This document shows, piece by piece, positions 1 through 5,763 of a stretch of DNA of 10,978 nucleotides. Under the pieces are notes generated by a model, which saw only the letters and a program-made list of their open reading frames with translations, was not told the DNA's origin and searched no databases. Source of the stretch: Candidatus Helarchaeota archaeon (lineage in GTDB: Archaea > Asgardarchaeota > Lokiarchaeia > Helarchaeales > RDOG01); the NCBI GenBank assembly GCA_029838215.1, contig JALGVI010000126.1:1-10978 (forward strand), given 5' to 3'. Within the stretch, counting starts at the first letter, position 1, and the number at the start of each line of letters is the position of its first letter. A program made the translations under genes and the position numbers.

Positions 1-129
1 ACGAACATTATCGTAAGAAAAAGTAAAAAATGGAAAAAACCCGAAAGCAGAGGAACGATGAGCAATTTACGGGACGGCTTGAAAATCCTTAAAAGCCCTT
101 TTAATTTATTGTTTAAAAAGAGTTATTAA
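1..129 (+). CDS. Possible 3' end of an upstream gene (partial); weak resemblance to a GT2/DPM-synthase-like C-terminus
   Basis: Frame +1 is open from base 1 to TAA at 127-129 (TNIIVRKSKKWKKPESRGTMSNLRDGLKILKSPFNLLFKKSY*), ending 11 nt before the ATG at 141. 'NLRDGLKILK' recalls the 'xxRDGxxIL' tail of GT2 enzymes. Other frames cannot be excluded. Confidence 0.3.
   Translation, partial: TNIIVRKSKKWKKPESRGTMSNLRDGLKILKSPFNLLFKKSY
112..119 (+). promoter_or_regulatory. Candidate TATA box for a leaderless transcript of the oxidoreductase
   Basis: TTTAAAAA lies about 22-29 nt upstream of ATG 141, and there is no obvious Shine-Dalgarno sequence before that ATG. Confidence 0.3.
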
Positions 130-140
130 GTTGATCTAAG

Positions 141-1655
141 ATGAAAAAGAGAAACGCCTACATCGTCGGTTCAGGAATCGGTGGCATGGCACTTTCTGTC
201 CTTTTAGCAAGCAAGGGTTTTGCCACGACGGTCCTCGAAAAGAATCATCTCCTTGGTGGTCGTTGCACGTCATATGAAAAGATTCATGATGGTGAAAAAT
301 TCATCGTCGACATGTGGACTCATACTTTTCCAACCGCAGAACGTGCTTTCAACAAGGTTTTCAAGTTAATAAATTCCGATTTTGAAATCAAATTTTATCA
401 TTTCACGGAAGAAAACCCGCCCCAGATATGGCAACACGGCAGGGATCCCACCAACATCCCGACGTCACTCGATATTTTCTATAAAGAGCTTGAAAAAATG
501 CAGCAAGCAAGAAGCAAGAAAACAACTTCAAAAAAACCCAATCCCCTGTCCAAATCGAACATTCCGAAGATAATTTCGGACATCTTTTCCCTCTCCAAGA
601 AAAAATTGAAAGAATTGGATGAAATCACGTTTGAACAATGGTTGCAGGGTCTCACCGATAACAAGTTAATAATCAATTGGCTTGGGATCGTCTGTGCCTT
701 CATGTTCGTTACCATGGCATACGATACGAATGACAGACGCGGCTCTGCAGCGGGCGAAACGATTCGGTCGCTTCGCAATTGGTTTCAACGAATCACGAGC
801 GGTTATCCATATGGCGGTTCTGTTGGAATCGTAAATGGATATAAACATGCCTTAGAATCCATGGATGGCACTGTGGAAATCAATACGAAAGTCGACAAGA
901 TCCTTGTTGATGACGGAAAAGTCGTCGGAATTGAAGTGGACGGCAATACTCATGATACCAACCTCGTTATTTCCAATGCAGGCGTCAAGGAAACCGTTCT
1001 TGATCTCGTGGGTGAAAAATATTTTCCGAAATCATACGTGAAGCAAATAAAACAATTGGAAGTTAGTGAAGGTGCTCATACTTGGGCATTCTACAGCATG
1101 AAATTCGGACTCGATAAAAAACTCATCAAGCCGCCCATCATTTTTCCCATGAGACGAATGGATGACAGTAATAACATAAGATCGATGCGAGAATTGATCG
1201 AAGAATACATGGTCAAAGATCGCATACCGCCTAGCTCCGGAATGTACGTAACGGTTCCGTCGAACATGGACCCTTCACTTGCTCCTCCGGGCAAGCAATT
1301 GGTCAATATCGGGTGCATCGGACCCGTGGAATCAAAGGATTACCAAAAATGGTACGACTTTTATATCGGTATCTTGGAAACGTGGGTCCCCGATTTTCGA
1401 AAGCACGTTTTATTCATGGATGTTCATCGGACCGGAAAACCACTTCAGCAATGGACGGGTCGCTTTCAAGGAGATGCCGTGGGAATTTCACAATCCGTTG
1501 GACAAGTTCGGGACAAAAGACCATTACCAAACACTCCGATAAAAGGACTTTATTTGGTGGGTGCTGATGTCGGTATTCAAGGAATCGGAACCGAACTGAG
1601 TGCTTTGAGCGCGTTGCATTCATTTAAGGTCATTCAAAAAGATATTACTCTCTAA
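141..1655 (+). CDS. NAD(P)/FAD-dependent oxidoreductase, phytoene desaturase superfamily (COG1233-like), 504 aa
   Basis: N-terminal dinucleotide-binding motif IVGSGIGG followed by VLEKNHLLGGR; mid-protein YPYGGSVGIVNG and VISNAG; 'VTVPSNMDPSLAPPGKQ'; C-terminal 'PNTPIKGLYLVGAD..GIG'. All are characteristic of CrtI/COG1233-type flavoproteins. Confidence 0.9.
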   Translation: MKKRNAYIVGSGIGGMALSVLLASKGFATTVLEKNHLLGGRCTSYEKIHDGEKFIVDMWTHTFPTAERAFNKVFKLINSDFEIKFYHFTEENPPQIWQHGRDPTNIPTSLDIFYKELEKMQQARSKKTTSKKPNPLSKSNIPKIISDIFSLSKKKLKELDEITFEQWLQGLTDNKLIINWLGIVCAFMFVTMAYDTNDRRGSAAGETIRSLRNWFQRITSGYPYGGSVGIVNGYKHALESMDGTVEINTKVDKILVDDGKVVGIEVDGNTHDTNLVISNAGVKETVLDLVGEKYFPKSYVKQIKQLEVSEGAHTWAFYSMKFGLDKKLIKPPIIFPMRRMDDSNNIRSMRELIEEYMVKDRIPPSSGMYVTVPSNMDPSLAPPGKQLVNIGCIGPVESKDYQKWYDFYIGILETWVPDFRKHVLFMDVHRTGKPLQQWTGRFQGDAVGISQSVGQVRDKRPLPNTPIKGLYLVGADVGIQGIGTELSALSALHSFKVIQKDITL

Positions 1656-1690
1656 ATTCTTTTTATTTTCCTCTATTTATCTTGCCCTCT
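1656..1690 (+). terminator. Oligo-T/pyrimidine-rich archaeal terminator
   Basis: ATTCTTTTTATTTTCCTCTATTTATCTT begins immediately after the TAA stop. Confidence 0.55.
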
Positions 1691-1735
1691 TTAAACACAA
1701 TTCATCTTTCCTGAAAAAGCAAAAAAAAACAATTG

Positions 1736-1759
1736 GTCATTAAGGGGGCCATTAATGAC
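1736..1759. repeat. Perfect 8-bp inverted repeat with 8-nt spacer
   Basis: GTCATTAA (1736-1743) - GGGGGCCA - TTAATGAC (1752-1759). Confidence 0.8.
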
Positions 1760-1846
1760 GATATTTCTTTGGAGCCACGGCTTTTTTTCCAAGATGTATC
1801 TAATACACTTAACTTATTTCTCTCGCAGGGATGTTAATATTTTAAA

Positions 1847-1892
1847 GGAACTCACGGAAGGCTGGTCATTTGTTGCTATGGAACTCTCGGAA
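1847..1892 (+). repeat. 13-bp direct repeat (12/13 identical), 33-bp period
   Basis: GGAACTCACGGAA (1847-1859) and GGAACTCTCGGAA (1880-1892). Confidence 0.8.
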
Positions 1893-1903
1893 AAGTATAT
1901 ATT
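1889..1903 (+). promoter_or_regulatory. Candidate BRE/TATA promoter of the corrinoid-methyltransferase operon
   Basis: Purine-rich GGAAAAG followed by TATATATT (1896-1903), about 57 nt upstream of ATG 1960. GAGGG SD-like element at 1949-1953. Confidence 0.5.
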
Positions 1904-1959
1904 TTTTTGAACATAACTTTATTCATCATTTGTAAATCATTCCTATTCGAGGGTTAAGA

Positions 1960-2595
1960 ATGGCTGATTTCATTGAAGAAATTGTAGAACTAAACGAAGA
2001 AGAAGTCATCAAGATTCTTAAAGAGCGGATTGCAAGTAATGAACCGCCGATGAAGATAATGGATGATGTCAAGGTTGCAATGAAAGAAATTGGTGAGCGG
2101 TTCTCCAGTGGTGTTTACTTTCTACCCGATCTGATGATGTCTGGCGAAATATTGCGGCAGATATTTGAAGAGATCGCTCCTTTATTGAAAGACACGGAGG
2201 AAGATTCCCAAAAAAAAGGGAAAATCCTCTTGGGAACCGTTGCAGGGGATATTCATGATATCGGAAAGGATATCGTGAAGTTTCTTCTTGAAACGAACGG
2301 ATATGAAGTCATGGATTTGGGCGTGGATGTTCCTTCTGATGTTTTCGTTGAAAAAATGAAGGAATTTAAACCCGATATATTGGCTTTAAGCGGGTTTCTC
2401 ACGCTTGCTTTTGATGCGATGAAGGATACCGTTGAGAAGATTTCTGCAGCAGGCATGCGGGATTCCGTCAAGATCATGATCGGGGGAGGTACCATTGACG
2501 AAAACATCGTGAGTTACGTGAATGCTGATGCCTATGGTGAAAGTGCAATGGATGCCGTTACTTTGGCAGATAAATGGATGGAGGCCGCATCGTGA
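1960..2595 (+). CDS. Corrinoid (cobalamin-binding) methyl-carrier protein, MtaC/MtbC/MttC-like, 211 aa
   Basis: B12-binding motif DxHxxG (GDIHDIGKDIV, nt 2248-2268); N-terminal helical cap with 'YFLPDLMMSGE'; Rossmann segments 'DLGVDV', 'ALSGFLT', 'IMIGGG' and 'ADAYGESAMDAV'. Confidence 0.95.
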   Translation: MADFIEEIVELNEEEVIKILKERIASNEPPMKIMDDVKVAMKEIGERFSSGVYFLPDLMMSGEILRQIFEEIAPLLKDTEEDSQKKGKILLGTVAGDIHDIGKDIVKFLLETNGYEVMDLGVDVPSDVFVEKMKEFKPDILALSGFLTLAFDAMKDTVEKISAAGMRDSVKIMIGGGTIDENIVSYVNADAYGESAMDAVTLADKWMEAAS

Positions 2596-3881
2596 GTCAA
2601 CCTTCACCCCGAAAATTATTCAAAGAGCGCAATCAAAGAGTAAAAGATGCCATCGCTTTAAAAGAACCGGACCGCGTTCCCATCACTCCAATGAGCACGT
2701 TTTTTCCAACGGAACAGAAAGGTCTCTCCAAAAAAGAGGCAATGTACGAACCTGAAAAAGTCGTCCAAGCTGCAATCGATGTATTCGCTCCATATAATTG
2801 GGATCAAGTCCCGCCCATCATTAATCTCTATCCCGCAAAGTTTTTTGACATATTGGGGGCAACGTTTTTCAAATGGCCGGGTGCCGAACGTGAAGAGTTT
2901 CGCCTCAGAGACGATCAACCCTATCAATTTGTTGAAGGCGAAAAAATGAGTGCTAGCGAGTACGAAGATCTCCTTGAAGATCCCACGGGTTTCATTCTGC
3001 GGAAAATAATGCCTGGACATTATACGTATCTTGATGGTTTCAAGACGTTTCCGCTTTCATCCACTCTTGCCAGTCCGTATGGCGTGATGCTCGGTTTTCC
3101 CCTCTATTTCGGGTTGCCGCCTGCAAAGGACATGATGCCAAAGATCCAAGAAGCAGTCGAGTATTTCTTCAAGTGGTTTGCGACAATGAATAAGTACGAA
3201 ACGGAAATGAAAAAATTAGGATTTCCAATTCAATTCATGAACATGGCACAAGCACCTTTTGATCTCGTTAGTGAATTCTTGAGAGGGATGCGCGGCGCCA
3301 TGCTTGACATGTATCGCAAGCCCGAAGAATTGAAGAAAACTGCAGAGCTATTCGTGAAAACTACGATCCAAACCACCGTGAGCTACGGCAAGATGAATCC
3401 ATCTCACAAGGTCGTTTTCATGCCACTCCATCGCGGAGCAGAGGGATTCATGAATGACAAGCAGTTCGCCACATTTTATTGGCCGACATTGGCTAAAGTC
3501 ATGGATGGATTCATCAAGAACGGTCTCATTCCAATGCCATTTTTCGAAGGCAAATACGACGCTCGTTTTGAATACCTTGCAGAATTTGCAAGAGAACATA
3601 AAGGGCAAGTCATATATTGGTTTGATCAATCCGACATTATCAAGGCAAAAGAAGCATTTGGTGATCATGCTTGCATACGGGGAAATGTCCCCGGGTCTCT
3701 ATTAGTCACGGGAAGTCCACACCAAGTTGAAGAATACGTCAAGAAAACCATCGAAGCGTGTAAAGAAGGCGGCGGTTTCTTAGTTGATGGTGCCGTCTCC
3801 GGAATACCTGACGAGGCAAGGGCTGAAAACGTGAAAGCAATGACTGATGCCGTGTTTAAATACGGTGTATATCGAAAATAA
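2592..3881 (+). CDS. Uroporphyrinogen-decarboxylase-fold protein, probable corrinoid-dependent methyltransferase, 429 aa
   Basis: 'KEPDRVPI' N-terminus, 'APFDLVSEFLRG', 'DMYRKPEEL', 'FYWPTL', 'ACIRGNVP', 'PHQVEEYVKK..E..KEGGGF' and 'ENVKAM' are typical of the UroD/MtaA-CmuA superfamily. The start is best placed at GTG 2592, which overlaps the upstream TGA (GTGA, 4-nt coupling), rather than at ATG 2574. Confidence 0.88.
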   Translation: MSQPSPRKLFKERNQRVKDAIALKEPDRVPITPMSTFFPTEQKGLSKKEAMYEPEKVVQAAIDVFAPYNWDQVPPIINLYPAKFFDILGATFFKWPGAEREEFRLRDDQPYQFVEGEKMSASEYEDLLEDPTGFILRKIMPGHYTYLDGFKTFPLSSTLASPYGVMLGFPLYFGLPPAKDMMPKIQEAVEYFFKWFATMNKYETEMKKLGFPIQFMNMAQAPFDLVSEFLRGMRGAMLDMYRKPEELKKTAELFVKTTIQTTVSYGKMNPSHKVVFMPLHRGAEGFMNDKQFATFYWPTLAKVMDGFIKNGLIPMPFFEGKYDARFEYLAEFAREHKGQVIYWFDQSDIIKAKEAFGDHACIRGNVPGSLLVTGSPHQVEEYVKKTIEACKEGGGFLVDGAVSGIPDEARAENVKAMTDAVFKYGVYRK

Positions 3882-3885
3882 CCTG

Positions 3886-3935
3886 CTTTTTTTTATTTTC
3901 ATTTTTAAAATAAACCTGAATAAAAAAGAAAATTT
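3886..3935. terminator. Bidirectional oligo-T terminator region between convergent genes
   Basis: TTTTTTTTATTTTCATTTTT on + after the methyltransferase-like gene; AAAAAAGAAAA on + (a T-run on -) after the cyclophilin gene. Confidence 0.6.
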
Positions 3936-3947
3936 TGGTGCGATATC

Positions 3948-4418
3948 TCATTCAATGATGATATCATTAATCTTATCACCTTGCTGAATGGCATCTACCA
4001 CTTGTTGCCCTTCTATGGTCTGTCCAAATACCGTGTGAATGCCATCAAGCCACGAAGTTGCTTTGTGCGTGATGTAAAATTGCGCTCCGTTGGAACAACG
4101 TCCTGTCACCTTTTCACCCGTGAACTTATCATGCTTGCAAGTCCCTGCGTGAGCCATGGCAAGTGATCCCTTTTTGTGCTTGATTCCGGGTTTGATCTCG
4201 CAATCATTACTTATTCCATCGGGATGACCACCCGTGCCATCTCCTCTCGAACAACCAGCTTGAATCATGAAATCGGGAATCACCCTGTGAAACGTGAGGC
4301 CGTTATAGAATCCTCGCTTCACCAAATCCAAAAAATTCTTCACGGTATTGGGCGTTTCGTTATCGAAAAGCCGGATTTTAATGTCTCCTTTATCCGTCTT
4401 GATAATTACATTTGTCAT
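3948..4418 (-). CDS. Cyclophilin-type peptidyl-prolyl cis-trans isomerase, 156 aa (163 aa if ATG 4439 is used)
   Basis: 'TPNTVKNF', '[19 protein letters not shown]', 'AMAHAG', 'NGAQFYIT' and '[11 protein letters not shown]': the catalytic Arg/Gln/Phe/Trp/His equivalents are present. An SD-like AGAAGTGAT precedes ATG 4418. Confidence 0.95.
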   Translation of the reverse strand: MTNVIIKTDKGDIKIRLFDNETPNTVKNFLDLVKRGFYNGLTFHRVIPDFMIQAGCSRGDGTGGHPDGISNDCEIKPGIKHKKGSLAMAHAGTCKHDKFTGEKVTGRCSNGAQFYITHKATSWLDGIHTVFGQTIEGQQVVDAIQQGDKINDIIIE

Positions 4419-4513
4419 GGAATCACTTCTGGTTTTCATTAATTAACATGCATGCTAAAAAAGACTCGGATTTGAATTTATGCATGCCGTTTTTTTTAAG
4501 AATCATTAACTAG

Positions 4514-4521
4514 ATATATAA
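4514..4521 (+). promoter_or_regulatory. Candidate TATA box of the AIM24-family gene
   Basis: ATATATAA lies about 28-35 nt upstream of ATG 4549. Confidence 0.45.
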
Positions 4522-4548
4522 GTTCAATAATAAAAATCGGTGAAAAAA

Positions 4549-5253
4549 ATGCCTCAAGGAAAAGAATACGAATTTGACATTATCTTTCAACCTAGTTTCT
4601 CCCTATTGGAAGTTAGACTAAAAAATGGGCAAGAACTCAAAACGGAAGGCGGAACGATGGCATACATGGATCCTTCGCTTGAAATAAAGGTCATAAAAGC
4701 GGCAAAGGGGTTTTGGGGATCCTTAAAACGAGCGCTAGCTGGTGAAACTTTTCTTTTGAATAAAATAATTGCGAATGATGATGGTCGTATTGGTCTTGCA
4801 CCAACTTATATTGGTGACATCTCTCACATCCCAATGGAACAAGGCGATAATTGGGTCGTTTTTAGCGGCGCTTTCATGGCATGTTCTTCAAGTATAAATG
4901 CTTCTACGAAATTCCAAGGATTCAAAAAGGGGTTTTTTAGCGGCGAACGGATGTTCTTTCTCGATCTTCTCGCCGAAGAAGGTCCTGCTGACTTGTTCAT
5001 TGCTGCAAGTGGTGGGTTCAGGACTTTCGAGTTAGATAAAGGGGAAACAATCGTGATTGATAACGGACATTTAGTGGCACAGGAAAAAAGCGTCCGTTAT
5101 GAAATAAAGAAAATTGGCGGCCTGAAGGCAACGATATTCTCAGGTGAAGGATTAGTCGTGAAACTAACTGGACCGGGAAAAGTCATCATGCAAACGCGAA
5201 ATCCATCCGAATTCATCTCTTGGATCGATCGAATGCTTCCACGTCGCGAATAA
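4549..5253 (+). CDS. TIGR00266 / AIM24 family protein, 234 aa
   Basis: 'LLEVRLKNGQELKTEGGTMAYM', 'KRALAGETF', 'LAPTYIGDI', 'FFSGERMF', 'IVIDNGHLVA' and 'FSGEGLVVKLTGPGKVIMQTRN' are signature segments. ATG 4549 is preferred to GTG 4540 because GGTGA at 4539-4543 reads as an SD and the TATA spacing fits. Confidence 0.9.
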   Translation: MPQGKEYEFDIIFQPSFSLLEVRLKNGQELKTEGGTMAYMDPSLEIKVIKAAKGFWGSLKRALAGETFLLNKIIANDDGRIGLAPTYIGDISHIPMEQGDNWVVFSGAFMACSSSINASTKFQGFKKGFFSGERMFFLDLLAEEGPADLFIAASGGFRTFELDKGETIVIDNGHLVAQEKSVRYEIKKIGGLKATIFSGEGLVVKLTGPGKVIMQTRNPSEFISWIDRMLPRRE

Positions 5254-5370
5254 TTCTCATATTTTTTTTAATTTTTAAAAATTTTACAAGATGAGCCCGT
5301 AAATTCCGACTTTTCTTGACGTGTTTTTCTAATTAGATGATAAAAGATAAAGGGTAAAAGAAGATAAGAT
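5254..5370. terminator. Convergent terminator region
   Basis: T-runs (TTTTTTTTAATTTTT) follow TAA 5253; a purine-rich stretch on + (pyrimidine-rich on -) at about 5337-5369 follows the minus-strand small gene. Confidence 0.5.
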
Positions 5371-5625
5371 TTAGACAGCCCGGGGAGGGATGCCTCCGCC
5401 TGCCTGCGCAACTTTTGCAGCCCTTTCTTTTCGTCGTCTCAGGTCTTCTTCCATTTTTTCTTGGAGCTTCTTTGCTTCGGCACTAATATCTGCAACTTCG
5501 CCCGACTTCAAGTGAGCTTCGAATTTTTCACGTTGTTCTTGACGTTTTTTTTCTGCATAAGCCGCAGCAGCTTCTAACATCTTCTTAATCTCTTCTGGAG
5601 ATGGAGGGGTTTCTTCTTCGCTCAA
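5371..5625 (-). CDS. Hypothetical small charged, predicted helical/coiled-coil protein, 84 aa
   Basis: TTG start preceded by an SD-like AAGGAAG. The E/K/R/A-rich composition fits a real helical protein, and the ORF fills an otherwise empty intergenic space. No family recognised. Confidence 0.75.
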   Translation of the reverse strand: MSEEETPPSPEEIKKMLEAAAAYAEKKRQEQREKFEAHLKSGEVADISAEAKKLQEKMEEDLRRRKERAAKVAQAGGGIPPRAV

Positions 5626-5763
5626 GAGTTACTACTTCCTTTAGTTCGATCGTTATCTGTAATACGAGTATTATTCGTAACTGAATCAAGCAAAGCCTAA
5701 AATGATAGAATCCAAACGGCACTAATGAAAAAAATGAAATTAAATTAAGAAGATCCGCAAAAA

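Noticed and set aside
1-120. Minus-strand reading KPSRKLLIVPLLSGFFHFLLFLTIMF as the N-terminus of a divergent membrane protein
   Set aside because: There is no ATG or SD, and the hydrophobicity is expected from the antisense of an A-rich tract. It is not fully excluded without upstream sequence.
141-1655. Gene symbol crtI and carotenoid synthesis
   Set aside because: Only superfamily-level motifs are visible and there is no supporting pathway context.
1770-1870. Cobalamin riboswitch upstream of the corrinoid gene (GAGCCACGG and CGGAAGGC resemble the GCCACTG/GGGAAGG elements)
   Set aside because: The core GGGAA..GGTG.AA.TCC and B12-box elements are absent, and I could not build the pairing.
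2574-2591. ATG 2574 as the start of the UroD-fold gene
   Set aside because: It would overlap the corrinoid gene by 22 nt; GTG 2592 gives the common GTGA stop/start coupling.
2592-3881. Annotation as hemE (true uroporphyrinogen decarboxylase) or mtaA/mtbA
   Set aside because: It lacks the RQAGR motif of HemE and the His-x-Cys...Cys zinc motif of CoM methyltransferases, and it is longer than either.
1960-3950. Pyrrolysine or selenocysteine read-through in the methyl-transfer genes or the cyclophilin
   Set aside because: No in-frame TAG or TGA interrupts a domain. The TGA stops at 2593-2595 and 3950-3948 fall at natural domain ends, and I saw no SECIS-like hairpin.
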